A stretch of DNA of 64,000 nt from Candidatus Latescibacterota bacterium (lineage in GTDB: Bacteria; Latescibacterota; UBA2968; UBA8231), in assembly GCA_965248265.1 (NCBI GenBank), contig CBDFJF010000002.1:4000001-4064000 (forward strand), written 5' to 3'. Position numbers and translations under genes: made by a program. This document shows positions 1 through 9,967 of this stretch, in pieces (positions within the stretch are counted from its first letter, which is position 1; the number at the start of each line of letters is the position of its first letter). The notes under the pieces are model-generated. The model saw only the letters and a program-made list of their open reading frames with translations, was not told the origin of the DNA and did no database searches.

Positions 1-1139
1 CCGATGCTTCCCAACGCACAGGACCTCTCCGTGAACTTTGAAGCAGCGGCAATGGGTATGCTCCAGGGACTGGAAATGACGACGGGCACCGGATGCCAGC
101 TGTGACCGCCCATGATCGCCGGGGTCGAGTGATCGCCCGTCACGATGAGGACACCCGGGTCGAGTTTCTCCAGCTGTGCGACCCAATCGTCGACCTCCTG
201 CAGAAGAGAAACCTTGCGCGCGAAGTCGCCGTCCTCGGCAGCGCTGTCCGGAGCCTTTACGTGCAGGTAGAAGAAATCGAACGCTTCCCAACTGTCGCGC
301 AAAACACGCAGCTGTGAGTCCAGATCCTGGCCTTCGTCAGTGATTTCCATGCCCACCGCGCGCGCGACCCCGCGATACATCGGATACACAGCGATGGCCT
401 GGGCCCTCAGACCGTACACTTCCCTCATCTGAGGCAGTTTAGGGTACCCCCCAAAGCCTCGGATCAGCACCATGTTGGCAGGTTGCTCGCGGTGGAGAAG
501 TTGCCGGGCTTGGCCCTCAAACTCAGTGGCCACCTTCGCCATTTTGACGTCCTTATGCGTTCGTGGCTCTAGCGCTCGCGGCGCCACACCGGTGACTTGA
601 GGGTCGGAGTCCGAGACCCCGTCGGACAAGCCCTCTCCGCGAAAAACAACTGCTGCGCGGTACTCGCGCTCGGGCATGACTGAGAGTTCAACACCGTCGA
701 CTTTGATTCCGCCCAATAACTCGCACAACCTCTCACATTCGTCTGTAGGGATGCGGCCAGCACGCCGGTCCGTAACCAGACCCGTGGCATCGACCGTACA
801 AAAATTGAGCCGCGCAGCGACATCTCCGGGAGCGAAAGACAGCCGGAGACCGAGCGCAGACAAGGCGCCTCTACCGATAACGTTTTTCCACGGATCGTAG
901 CCAAACAAAGCCAGATGAGCGGGTCCACTACCCGGGGTCACGCCTGGGGCCATCGGGGACAACAGGCCACAGCTTCCCGCCTGGGCGAGCCGATCCAGAT
1001 TGGGCACAGCTGCGGTCTCCAGTTCAGACAGCCCGGTTTCGGGATGCGGAAGTCCACCGAGGCCGTCCACGATGACGAGAACGATCTTGATATTGCTCTC
1101 GGCAACGATGAGACCGCGGGCATACTCCGAACTCGTCAT
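1..1139 (-). CDS. apgM: 2,3-bisphosphoglycerate-independent phosphoglycerate mutase (ApgM/archaeal type), 3' end runs off window
   Basis: Not in ORF track. Manual minus-strand translation from ATG 1139 (TGATG overlap with recJ stop) gives MTSSEYARG..KIVLVIVDGLGG..ELETAAVPNLDRLA..GVTPGSGPAHLALFGYDP..ANMVLIRG..AVYPMYRGVARAVGM, all ApgM motifs. Confidence 0.9.
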   Translation of the reverse strand, partial: MTSSEYARGLIVAESNIKIVLVIVDGLGGLPHPETGLSELETAAVPNLDRLAQAGSCGLLSPMAPGVTPGSGPAHLALFGYDPWKNVIGRGALSALGLRLSFAPGDVAARLNFCTVDATGLVTDRRAGRIPTDECERLCELLGGIKVDGVELSVMPEREYRAAVVFRGEGLSDGVSDSDPQVTGVAPRALEPRTHKDVKMAKVATEFEGQARQLLHREQPANMVLIRGFGGYPKLPQMREVYGLRAQAIAVYPMYRGVARAVGMEITDEGQDLDSQLRVLRDSWEAFDFFYLHVKAPDSAAEDGDFARKVSLLQEVDDWVAQLEKLDPGVLIVTGDHSTPAIMGGHSWHPVPVVISSPWSIPIAAASKFTERSCALGSI

Positions 1140-2971
1140 CACTGACCCGTCGTGACCGCGACGTCGCTGGCCGTGTGGCGTACGAAGAGAGGCAGTTCAC
1201 CCTCGGGGGGTTCCGGATGGCTGCCGGACGTCACGTACAGGTCTCTGATCAACATCTGAGCGGCATCGAACCCCGCGAAGGTATCGGTTTCCAGTTCAAA
1301 AGCTGCGTTGACAACATCTCCTACGGCTAACTCATTCGCCAGCTCGCCCTTGCGCCACCACATCGCATTCGTGGAGTGGCTGCCTGTGCGCAGCGCCAGC
1401 TTGAGATGCTCCCCTTTCTGTCCAACCTGCTTGCAGCTTACGATCTGCAGATCTGCAGTAGTGAACAGCGGGGCGTCGTGTCCCTTGCCGAATGGCTCCA
1501 ACCTGGCCATTTCAGCCACCGTTGTGGGCGCGATGTCCTCCGGACGCAGCAACAGATCGATGCGCAATTCCGGCTCCAGATCCTGCTCTGTCAGCCGAGC
1601 GTTGGCATGGTCGATCAGGCACGCGCGAAACTCCTCGAAGCGTTCAGCCTGGAGCGAAAACCCCGCAGCTGCCGGGTGGCCACCGTAGGTCTGCAGGTAA
1701 TCGGAGCAAGCATCGATGCCCTCCACTATGTCATAGGCCTCGATACTTCTCGCCGACCCCACGTAGGTGCCGTCCCTCCTGGCACCGGTACATATCACCG
1801 CTGGGCGGGCATGTAACTCGGCCAGAGAGCCGGCGATCAAGCCGATAACGCCGAGGTGCCAGTCTTCTCCCAGCACCACCAGCAACCGGTCGGACTCCAG
1901 ATCGGATTCAGACAGGGTAGAAGTCGCCTCTCTTGCTCCCTCTCGCTGCAACTGACGCCGCTGGCCATTCAAGCGCTCGAGTTCACCGCTGAGTTGTGCT
2001 CCCTGAGTCGCATCGGTACAGCGCAGCAGGTCGAGGGCCAAATCGGGGGAGGCCAGTCTTCCGGCTGAATTCAGTCGTGGGCCCAGGTAGAAGCCGATGG
2101 CGCCGGTTTTGAGCGGACCGCGATTGCACTTGGCCACAGTCTTGAGGCAACACAGGCCAATTCGCTCAGTCTGCTCCAGGGCTTTTATTCCTCGCCTGAT
2201 GAGAATCCGGTTTTCATCGAACACCGGGGCGAGATCGGCGACGGTGCCAAGCGCCACCAGATCCAGCAGCCCGTTGAGATATCGCCGTCTTTCATCACCT
2301 GACATAAAACGGCTGGACGCCGCCTGAACCACCTTGAACGTTACTCCCACTCCGGCCAGACCCTTGAAGGGATAGCTGCAGTCCTTGCGATTGGGATTGA
2401 CGACGCTGTGAGCAGGCGGCAGATCGCCTGTCTGCTGATGATGGTCGATGACGATGACATCCAGCCCTTCTTGCCGCGCCAGTGCCAGCGACTCGTGCGC
2501 GGAAATTCCGTTGTCTACCGTTATCAACAGGGCCGCCCCAGCTGCCAGGGCGCGGTGAATTCCAGCTACGCGAACGCCGTATCCGTCACTGAATCGATTG
2601 GGGAGAATGTGGCCGCAGTCTGCCCCTACCCGCTCCAGAAAGTCCAACATGAGCGTCGTGCTGGTGACCCCATCAACATCGTAGTCGCCGTACACGATGA
2701 TGCGCTCGCCATCGTTTACTGCTTGGACAATGCGGTCAACAGCCCCATCCATGCCGGCAAGCAGCTGCGGCGAATGCAGTCCGTCCGGGTTTGTGGCCAG
2801 GTCATCGGCCGTCAGTTGTCGGCTACTCAGTAACGCCTCGTAGACCGATTCGTAGGAGGCATCGTAGGCGACATGCCAGACGGGATATAAGCGCATGGCT
2901 TGGCTCGATTCCGGGGAGGAAGACGAGTTGTGCATCTGAAGCGGGGGAGGAGAAGTGCGTGCGGCCGACAC
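1139..2971 (-). CDS. recJ: Single-stranded-DNA-specific exonuclease RecJ (true start possibly 2896)
   Basis: YGDYDVDG, TVDNG, IDHH, LGTVAD, GPRLNSAGRL, GSARS, GGHPAAAG, LEPFG motifs (DHH/DHHA1/OB). Confidence 0.96.
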   Translation of the reverse strand: MSAARTSPPPLQMHNSSSSPESSQAMRLYPVWHVAYDASYESVYEALLSSRQLTADDLATNPDGLHSPQLLAGMDGAVDRIVQAVNDGERIIVYGDYDVDGVTSTTLMLDFLERVGADCGHILPNRFSDGYGVRVAGIHRALAAGAALLITVDNGISAHESLALARQEGLDVIVIDHHQQTGDLPPAHSVVNPNRKDCSYPFKGLAGVGVTFKVVQAASSRFMSGDERRRYLNGLLDLVALGTVADLAPVFDENRILIRRGIKALEQTERIGLCCLKTVAKCNRGPLKTGAIGFYLGPRLNSAGRLASPDLALDLLRCTDATQGAQLSGELERLNGQRRQLQREGAREATSTLSESDLESDRLLVVLGEDWHLGVIGLIAGSLAELHARPAVICTGARRDGTYVGSARSIEAYDIVEGIDACSDYLQTYGGHPAAAGFSLQAERFEEFRACLIDHANARLTEQDLEPELRIDLLLRPEDIAPTTVAEMARLEPFGKGHDAPLFTTADLQIVSCKQVGQKGEHLKLALRTGSHSTNAMWWRKGELANELAVGDVVNAAFELETDTFAGFDAAQMLIRDLYVTSGSHPEPPEGELPLFVRHTASDVAVTTGQ

Positions 2972-2994
2972 AAGAGCTCTTGCCGGGCGCGCTC

Positions 2995-3022
2995 AATATA
3001 TACGGGCTGGACCGAGGGTCAA
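2995..3022 (-). promoter_or_regulatory. Sigma70-like promoter for recJ-apgM
   Basis: Minus strand TTGACC-N16-TATATT in the divergent recJ/rsmB intergenic region. Confidence 0.55.
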
Positions 3023-3123
3023 GCTGCCAGCGTAGCCAATCCAGTTTAACTTACCCCTCACTCATTTCTGACCATTTCCCTGCACCGGCGATCACGGCCG
3101 CTTAAAGCCCTGGCATCAAGGCC

Positions 3124-4497
3124 ATGGATCTGCCTCGCGAAACTGCGCTTCGAATACTTACCGACATCGAGGACCGACAGGTCCAGCTCGAGCTGACCAT
3201 GGACCGGTTGGAGGACGGACCACTCGACGAGCGTGACCGCAGGTTCATCCGCCAGCTGGTCTACGGCTGCCTCACCTGGCGCAGCCGGCTTGACTGGATA
3301 GCGCAGGCATTCTCCAAACGTCCGGTCAATCGTATTGATGCTGTGGCCAGACAGGCCCTGCGCATGGGCGTGTATCAGCTCCTTTGGCTGGACCGCGTAC
3401 CTCCCAGAGCCGCCGTGCATTCAACCGTGGAACTGGCCAAGAAACTCGGGCACCGTGGACTGGGCGCCTTCGTGAACGCGGTGCTGCGCCGGGTGGCCGA
3501 GAATGGCGAAGCCGTGGTCTATCCTGAGCGTTCAAACGACCTGGTCCAGTACCTGTCGATCTATTATTCTCATCCGTCCTGGATGGTTGAACGCTGGCTG
3601 TCGCGCTGGGGGGCCGAACGCACCGAGGCGTTGCTCAGTGCCAACAATCACCAGCCTGCCATCTACGTGCGTCGCAACACCCTCGAGAGCACAGGCGTTC
3701 CGGAAGGCGATTCCCCGATCGCTTCCCTCGAAGCGCTGGGACCGTTGGCCGATTGCTACGAGCTCGACGATCCATCCAGCGTCTTCCAGTCCACGGCATT
3801 TCGCTCAGGGCAGCTGTTTGTTCAGGATGTCAACGCGGGCCTGGCTGCCGCGCTGTTGCAGCCGCAGCCAGGGGAGACCGTCCTGGATGTGTGTAGCGCC
3901 CCCGGGGGGAAGATGGCGCAGATGGCCATGTTGATGGAGGGACAGGGGCGGATCGTGGCCTGTGACCGCTCTTCAGCCAGACTCCGGCGCGTGCGCGAAA
4001 ACACGGCGCGCCTGGACCTTCCCGGTATCACCAGATTGGTAGAGGACGCACGCCTGCCGAGCATCCTTGCCCCACCCACCGGATGGCGAACACGGCCAGC
4101 ACCAGGCGTGAATCAGCAAGTGGCAGACGGCTTCGATCGTGTCCTCGTTGACGCCCCGTGCAGCAGCACAGGTGTGTTGCGACGCCGGCCCGATGCACGA
4201 TGGCGAAGTCGCGCCCCGCAAGCCATATTCGAACAGGCTGACGTCCAGCTCGAAATCCTGCGATCTGCCTACGTCCGGACGCGCCCTGGTGGCACGGTCG
4301 TCTACAGCACGTGCACTCTCGAGTTCGAAGAAAACGAAGGCCTGATCGAGCGCTTTCTCGAAATCACCCCGGGAGCCGAGGTGGAGCGCGCTGACCAATT
4401 TTTCACACCCGCCGCCTGGTGCGACAGATACATTCAAACCCTGCCCGGCCGCGAGGCCGGCGATGGCTGCTTCGCCGCACGCATTCGCAAGGAATAA
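3124..4497 (+). CDS. rsmB: 16S rRNA m5C967 methyltransferase RsmB/Sun
   Basis: NusB-like N-terminus, YSHPSW, DVCSAPGGK, DAPCSSTG..RRRPD, YSTCT motifs. Confidence 0.95.
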   Translation: MDLPRETALRILTDIEDRQVQLELTMDRLEDGPLDERDRRFIRQLVYGCLTWRSRLDWIAQAFSKRPVNRIDAVARQALRMGVYQLLWLDRVPPRAAVHSTVELAKKLGHRGLGAFVNAVLRRVAENGEAVVYPERSNDLVQYLSIYYSHPSWMVERWLSRWGAERTEALLSANNHQPAIYVRRNTLESTGVPEGDSPIASLEALGPLADCYELDDPSSVFQSTAFRSGQLFVQDVNAGLAAALLQPQPGETVLDVCSAPGGKMAQMAMLMEGQGRIVACDRSSARLRRVRENTARLDLPGITRLVEDARLPSILAPPTGWRTRPAPGVNQQVADGFDRVLVDAPCSSTGVLRRRPDARWRSRAPQAIFEQADVQLEILRSAYVRTRPGGTVVYSTCTLEFEENEGLIERFLEITPGAEVERADQFFTPAAWCDRYIQTLPGREAGDGCFAARIRKE

Positions 4498-4505
4498 GGC
4501 AGAGG

Positions 4506-5243
4506 ATGAAGACGGTGCGTGTGATGGTTCTGGTGATCCTGACTGCCGTGGGCAGCCTCATGCTGTTTTTCGCCCTTCTTGACGGTGTGATCATGCCCTA
4601 CATCGTCAAAGTGGATCGAGTTAAAGTGCCCGACATACGTAGCCGTGGAATGGCCGAAACGGAGGCCTACTTGAAGCGCGTCGGGTTGCGAGTCGCCACC
4701 ACGGACAGCGTGTTTCACGATCGCCTTCCCGTCGGCACCATCGTCGAGCAGGATCCCGCCCCACGCAAGTACATCAAAAAAGGACGGCGGGTGTTCGTCC
4801 GTGTCAGCAAGGGGCGGAGATTGTACGAGGTTCCCCAGCTGATCGGCGTTGGCGAACGAGACGCGTACCTGCAGTTGCAGACCCAGAAGCTGAGGATCGG
4901 AAGGATATACTTTGTGTCTTCCGCATCAGCTCCTCCCGGTGCCGTGATCCGGCATCAACCGCCGGCCTTCACCCGCCTGCAACCAGGCGAGCGGGTGGAC
5001 CTGGAAATCAGTAGCGGCTCGCCATTGGATCCCAAGCGCGTTCCAAGCTTGCTCGGCCTGGATATCGGCGTGGTGGAAGACTCACTCGCCAAGTATGAGA
5101 TGAGTCCCGGGGAGATCAACGAGAGGCTGGATCTGGGTTCGCCACCGGGCGTGGTGCTGTCCCAGAATCCGAGACCCGGATCCCTGCAAATGCGAAACAC
5201 CAAGATCAATCTCGTCATCAGCGTCGGCAGTGCAACCCCTTAG
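4506..5243 (+). CDS. Membrane-anchored triple PASTA-domain protein
   Basis: N-terminal TM helix, then three VPxLxG...Q.P..G......V...VS.G repeats; rsmB-PASTA-rpe order. Confidence 0.88.
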   Translation: MKTVRVMVLVILTAVGSLMLFFALLDGVIMPYIVKVDRVKVPDIRSRGMAETEAYLKRVGLRVATTDSVFHDRLPVGTIVEQDPAPRKYIKKGRRVFVRVSKGRRLYEVPQLIGVGERDAYLQLQTQKLRIGRIYFVSSASAPPGAVIRHQPPAFTRLQPGERVDLEISSGSPLDPKRVPSLLGLDIGVVEDSLAKYEMSPGEINERLDLGSPPGVVLSQNPRPGSLQMRNTKINLVISVGSATP

Positions 5244-5284
5244 GTAAACAACGCAATACATTGTCTCGCAATTAATTACTATAG

Positions 5285-5298
5285 TTGATCACTATCAA
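5285..5298. promoter_or_regulatory. FNR/Crp-family box upstream of rpe
   Basis: Exact TTGAT-CACT-ATCAA within an AT-rich intergenic segment. Confidence 0.4.
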
Positions 5299-5314
5299 TT
5301 GATGGGGAAAGAGA

Positions 5315-6007
5315 ATGCCCGACGATAACGTCCAGATCGCACCGTCACTGCTATCTGCCGACTTCTCGCGGCTCAAGGACGAGATACAGCGAATCGAACA
5401 AGCCGGGGCGGACCTGCTTCATCTCGACGTCATGGATGGCCATTTTGTACCCAACCTCAGTTTTGGTTTACCGGTCGTTGAAGCCGTTCGCCGGGTGACC
5501 GACTTGAAACTGGATACCCACCTGATGCTGGCGGATCCCGGCCAGTACCTTGAAGCCTTCAAGCAGGCGGGCTCCGATTCGCTCACCATCCACTTTGAAG
5601 TCTGCGAAGAAGAGACTCAGATCAGGGCATTGATTGAGCAGATTCACGGCCTCGACCTCGAGTGTGGCCTGGCCGTCAATCCACAAACCCCGGTTGGCGC
5701 CCTCTTCCCTTTCGCCGAACGCTGCGATCTGCTGTTGGTGATGTCGGTCGCACCGGGATTTGGCGGGCAGTCCTTTATTCCGGAGACCCCCGAAAAAGTG
5801 CGTCAGCTGAGCCATTGGCTGGAGGAAAACGAGCTGGAAGTACCGATCCAAGTCGATGGCGGTGTGACCCCGGACAACGCCTCCACCTGTACTGACGCCG
5901 GAGCATCCTCCCTGGTGGCCGGTTCGGCTGTCTTCGGGGCCGCAGACGCTGCCGAAGCCATACGCCGTCTGCGCCCGTCCGCCCACCCCGATACAGTCGG
6001 CGAGTGA
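5315..6007 (+). CDS. rpe: Ribulose-phosphate 3-epimerase
   Basis: IAPSLLSADF, HLDVMDGHFVPN, MSVAPGFGGQ, VDGGV, VAGSAVF. Confidence 0.97.
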   Translation: MPDDNVQIAPSLLSADFSRLKDEIQRIEQAGADLLHLDVMDGHFVPNLSFGLPVVEAVRRVTDLKLDTHLMLADPGQYLEAFKQAGSDSLTIHFEVCEEETQIRALIEQIHGLDLECGLAVNPQTPVGALFPFAERCDLLLVMSVAPGFGGQSFIPETPEKVRQLSHWLEENELEVPIQVDGGVTPDNASTCTDAGASSLVAGSAVFGAADAAEAIRRLRPSAHPDTVGE

Positions 6008-6106
6008 GTTTGCCAGAGTACCGTCTTGGCATTAAGTTTAAAGGTTTACTGGCGAACGACTTAAGCGGCCATATAGCACTCTCTGTGAAGGCCCGATAGC
6101 GCAAAC

Positions 6107-7453
6107 ATGTTCGATCAGCTGACACAGCGTCTCGAGGACGCTTTCAAGAATCTGCGCGGTCAGGGCAGAATCACGGAAAAGAGCCTGGACGAGTCCCTTC
6201 GAGAAATTCGCCGGGCCCTGCTCGAAGCTGACGTGAATTTCAAGGTCGCCAAAATCTTTCTGCAACGGATCAGGGAACGCGCCAGCGGTCAGCAGGTTTT
6301 GCGCAGCCTGACTCCGGGGCAGCAGGTGATCAAGATCGTGCGCGATGAACTGATCGCTCTGCTCGGCGGTCAAGCTGCCCCACTGGCGAGCGCAGACACA
6401 CCGCCAACCGTGATCATGTTAGTGGGCTTACAGGGATGCGGGAAGACGACGGTCGCTGGCAAACTCAGCGTTTTCTTGAGGGAGCAGGGCCGGCTGCCAT
6501 TGCTCGTGGCCGCTGACACCTACCGGCCTGCAGCCGTTGATCAGTTACGCATTCTCGGTGAGACGGCGAAAGTCCCCGTCTTCACTGCCAAAGAATTCGA
6601 CAGCGATTCCGGTCCGGTGGAGATCTGCCGTCGAGGGGTCGCCGAAGCCCGCGCGACCAATCGCAGTGCCGTGATTCTCGACACCGCTGGCCGTCTGAGC
6701 ATTGATGATGCCATGATGGCGGAACTGGCGGATATTCGGTCGACGACGGAGCCGAATGAGATTCTGTTCGTCGCCGATGGCATGCTCGGTCAAGACGCCG
6801 TCGAGACTGCGGTCCGGTTCCATGAGCAGCTGGCCTTTACGGGATGCGTGCTGACCAAACTCGACGGTGACGCCCGAGGAGGGGCCGCCCTGTCGATTCG
6901 CGAGTCGACGGGTGAACCGATCAAGTTCGTGGGTACGGGTGAGCGTTTGGAAGCGCTGGAGCAGTTCCACCCGGAGCGCATGGCTTCGCGAATCCTCGGT
7001 ATGGGTGATGTGATCTCGCTCGTCGAGAAGGCCGAGAAAGTCATTGATCAGGACCGGGCAAAGGAGTTGGAGGATCGCCTGCGTAAGGAATCCTTCACCT
7101 TCGATGATTTCCGGGAGCAACTGCAGGCCGTCAAGAGCATGGGGCCGCTGGATCAACTCATGGGTATGATTCCGGGAGCCGGCAAGGCCTTCAAGGGCGT
7201 ACAGACAGACGACAACGCCCTGGTCCGGGTGGAGGCGATCATCAATTCGATGACCGCGAAGGAGCGGGGGCGACCACAGATCCTCAACGGCAGTCGCCGG
7301 AGGCGGATCGCCCGTGGCAGTGGAACCAGTGTCCAGGATGTAAACCGGCTGCTGAAGCAGTTTCAAGCGATGCAAAAGATGATGCGCCAGATGAATCAAC
7401 AAGCGAAGGGGGGAAGGCGCAGAGCCCCCCTGTTTACCCCAGGTATGAGTTGA
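6107..7453 (+). CDS. ffh: Signal recognition particle protein Ffh
   Basis: ALLEADV, GLQGCGKTT, DTAGRL, TKLDGDARGG, RILGMGD, Met-rich M domain. Confidence 0.98.
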   Translation: MFDQLTQRLEDAFKNLRGQGRITEKSLDESLREIRRALLEADVNFKVAKIFLQRIRERASGQQVLRSLTPGQQVIKIVRDELIALLGGQAAPLASADTPPTVIMLVGLQGCGKTTVAGKLSVFLREQGRLPLLVAADTYRPAAVDQLRILGETAKVPVFTAKEFDSDSGPVEICRRGVAEARATNRSAVILDTAGRLSIDDAMMAELADIRSTTEPNEILFVADGMLGQDAVETAVRFHEQLAFTGCVLTKLDGDARGGAALSIRESTGEPIKFVGTGERLEALEQFHPERMASRILGMGDVISLVEKAEKVIDQDRAKELEDRLRKESFTFDDFREQLQAVKSMGPLDQLMGMIPGAGKAFKGVQTDDNALVRVEAIINSMTAKERGRPQILNGSRRRRIARGSGTSVQDVNRLLKQFQAMQKMMRQMNQQAKGGRRRAPLFTPGMS

Positions 7454-7502
7454 CGATTGACTTTCTCGCACCCCCGCACTCACTTGAAGAGGGCTAGATA
7501 AA

Positions 7503-8060
7503 TTGGTCAAACTCCGTTTGAAGAGATTGGGGCGGAAGAAGCGCCCTTATTACCGCATAGTGGCGATGGATGCCAATTCCCCACGTGATGGTCAAGCCCT
7601 GGCCGAGGTCGGGATGTATGATCCCCTTCTGTCAAAGGTGGACCTGGACGAGGAAGCCGCCTTGCACTGGTTGAACGCCGGCGCACGCATGACCGGCACG
7701 GTGCGCGCCTTGTTTAAGAATCAGGGCCTGCTGTCCCGCTGGGGCGGTCTTGAAGGCACCGTCACCGAAGGGTTTTTGACGCTGGACAAACCGAAGCGCC
7801 TGAAGAAGCTGGCGGCCGCAGAAGCTGCGGCGTCAGAACCGGCAGCAGAGGCTGAGGAAACAGCGGTCGGCTCGAGCACCGGTGCAGACGAACCTGCCGC
7901 GGCAGACGCACCCGCCCCGGCAGAAGAACCGGCAGCGGCAGAAGCGCCCGGGGCGGTAACGAATGAAGCTGAGGCGGCAGAAGCGCCTGGGGCGGTAACG
8001 AATGAAGCTGAGGCGGCAGAAGCGCCCGGGGATGAAGGCGACTCGGCCACCGAAGCGTAA
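7503..8060 (+). CDS. rpsP: 30S ribosomal protein S16 with long acidic Ala/Glu/Pro-rich C-terminal tail
   Basis: MVKLRLKRLGRKKRPYYRIVA..SPRDG..GMYDP; position ffh-rpsP-rimM. Confidence 0.96.
   Translation: MVKLRLKRLGRKKRPYYRIVAMDANSPRDGQALAEVGMYDPLLSKVDLDEEAALHWLNAGARMTGTVRALFKNQGLLSRWGGLEGTVTEGFLTLDKPKRLKKLAAAEAAASEPAAEAEETAVGSSTGADEPAAADAPAPAEEPAAAEAPGAVTNEAEAAEAPGAVTNEAEAAEAPGDEGDSATEA
7935..8031 (+). repeat. 39-bp in-frame tandem repeat (~2.5 copies) in rpsP tail
   Basis: gcggcagaagcgcc[c/t]ggggcggtaacgaatgaagctgag x2 plus partial; encodes AAEAPGAVTNEAE. Confidence 0.9.
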
Positions 8061-8064
8061 GTAG

Positions 8065-8589
8065 GTGGACACGGGTGATGACAGGATCACCGTTGGGTAT
8101 GTAGTTCGGGCCAAGGGCGTGCGCGGCGAGGTCAGAGTAGAACCGCTGACTCACAGCATTGAGCGCTTTGACATGCTGTCAAAGGTCGTGCTTGAGCGGG
8201 GAGAAGAGCCTCTCAAGCACCTGGTCATCCAGCACTGGCGTCCTGATTTGCCCGGCGTGCTGATCAAGTTCAGGGGCATCAACACGCCCGAGCAGGCTCG
8301 AGAAACGGTGGTCAAGGGATACATCACCGTCGCCCGGGACGAGGTTGCTCCATTGCCCGGAGGGCATTACTACGTATTTGACCTGATCGGCTGCGATGTT
8401 GAGGACGAGTTAGGCTCGCATCTGGGAAAACTGATCGACGTACGCGAAATGCCATCGACCGACGTTTACGTCGTGGACACAGGCAGCAAGCACGTCATGG
8501 TACCGGCAGTGCGGCATTTTATCGTCGATGTTTCCATAGCAGAGCGCCGCGTAACGGTACGCGGTGTGGAGGATCTTTTCAGCCCGTGA
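8065..8589 (+). CDS. rimM: Ribosome maturation factor RimM
   Basis: VG.VVRAKGVRGEV, YYVFDLIGC, DVYVV, PRC barrel; synteny. Confidence 0.95.
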   Translation: MDTGDDRITVGYVVRAKGVRGEVRVEPLTHSIERFDMLSKVVLERGEEPLKHLVIQHWRPDLPGVLIKFRGINTPEQARETVVKGYITVARDEVAPLPGGHYYVFDLIGCDVEDELGSHLGKLIDVREMPSTDVYVVDTGSKHVMVPAVRHFIVDVSIAERRVTVRGVEDLFSP

Positions 8590-9347
8590 AGATCGACGTT
8601 TTGACGATTTTCCCCGGGTTTTTCGACAGTCCGTTATCCACGAGTATCGTGGCCCGTGCTGTTGAAGCCGGACTCGTATCGATCGATTTACACGATCTGC
8701 GATCCTTCACTGCTGACCGCCATCGCACCGTCGACGACGCCCCGTTCGGCGGAGGGGGTGGCATGGTGATGAAGCCCGAGCCGGTGGCGGCCGCCTGGCG
8801 GGCGTTGGATCTGCACCGCGGTCATTGCATCTACCTGACGGCGGACGGTGCTCCCCTGGATCAGGAACGTTGCAAACAGCTGTCTCTGGAATCGCACCTG
8901 GTGTTGTTGTGTGGGCACTACAAGGGAGTCGATGAGCGCATCCGGCAGTTCGCGGTGGACGAAGAGATTTCCATCGGGGACTATGTACTCACCGGGGGTG
9001 AGCCAGCCGCCCTGGTGTTGATGGACACAGTGGTGAGAGTGATTCCCGGTGTCCTGGGCAATTTCAGCTCAGCCCTGGAGGATTCGTTTCACGAGGAATC
9101 CTTGCTCGACTGTCCGTGGTACACTCGTCCGGCCGAGTTTGACGGACGGGAAGTACCAGACGTACTGATGAACGGAGATCACGAGCAAGTGCGCATCTGG
9201 CGCCGCATGCAAGCACTCAGGCGCACCTACGAGCGTCGACCCGAGCTGCTGGCGCGGGTCGAATTAGACGATGACGAGCGACGCCTGGTCGATCGTTGGA
9301 AACAACAGGAGGAAGCATCCTCCGCATTCGAAAGAGATGGACTCTGA
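8586..9347 (+). CDS. trmD: tRNA (guanine37-N1)-methyltransferase TrmD
   Basis: [44 protein letters not shown]. Confidence 0.98.
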   Translation: MKIDVLTIFPGFFDSPLSTSIVARAVEAGLVSIDLHDLRSFTADRHRTVDDAPFGGGGGMVMKPEPVAAAWRALDLHRGHCIYLTADGAPLDQERCKQLSLESHLVLLCGHYKGVDERIRQFAVDEEISIGDYVLTGGEPAALVLMDTVVRVIPGVLGNFSSALEDSFHEESLLDCPWYTRPAEFDGREVPDVLMNGDHEQVRIWRRMQALRRTYERRPELLARVELDDDERRLVDRWKQQEEASSAFERDGL

Positions 9348-9694
9348 TGGACATGACTCTATTGCGTGAAGTGACGTCGGACCAGCTGAAGACGGATATC
9401 CCCGATTTTGGCGCCGGCGATTCCCTGCGAATCCACGTACGTGTGATCGAGGGTGAAAAGGAACGCACCCAGATCTTCGAAGGAGATGTGATTCAGCGCA
9501 AAGGCAGCGGCATTCACGAGACCTACACCATCCGCAAGGTGACCCAGGGAATAGCGGTCGAACGCATTTTCCCCTTGCATTCTCCTCGTGTCGCCAAGAT
9601 CGAGAAACTGCGCTCCGGCAAAGTCAGGCGCGCACGCCTGTTCTATCTGCGCGAGCGCAAGGGACGCGCTGCCCGCATCAAGGAGCAACGTTAA
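9347..9694 (+). CDS. rplS: 50S ribosomal protein L19
   Basis: [42 protein letters not shown]. Confidence 0.98.
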   Translation: MDMTLLREVTSDQLKTDIPDFGAGDSLRIHVRVIEGEKERTQIFEGDVIQRKGSGIHETYTIRKVTQGIAVERIFPLHSPRVAKIEKLRSGKVRRARLFYLRERKGRAARIKEQR

Positions 9695-9699
9695 CGCCG

Positions 9700-9954
9700 A
9701 TGCCGGACGCAAGCACGTCGAACATCCCGTTCACGAGCAAGAATCTCAAGATTTTCGTCGCCGGGCTCCTGGTGATCGGACTCGGTTATGTCTTGTTGAG
9801 TATTCCTCCCGCGGACGGATTCCTTTCCTTGACCATGGCGCCCATTCTTTTGGTGCTGGGGTACTGCGTCATCATCCCCATGTCTCTGCTGCTCAAGGAT
9901 ACCGATCCTTCGCCAGACGATGGGGACAGCAACGACACACGGACTGACTCGTAA
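9700..9954 (+). CDS. Small two-TM membrane protein (DUF3098-like)
   Basis: FTSKN..IFVAGLLVIGLGY..LTMAPILLVLGY pattern, two hydrophobic helices. Confidence 0.7.
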   Translation: MPDASTSNIPFTSKNLKIFVAGLLVIGLGYVLLSIPPADGFLSLTMAPILLVLGYCVIIPMSLLLKDTDPSPDDGDSNDTRTDS

Positions 9955-9967
9955 CCGTTGGGATCCA

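Noticed and set aside
6545-7510. Long antisense ORFs (also 20926-21780, 23413-24363, 58359-59300, 60185-61228 and others)
   Set aside because: Shadow frames of well-supported genes, expected in high-GC DNA; no recognisable motifs.
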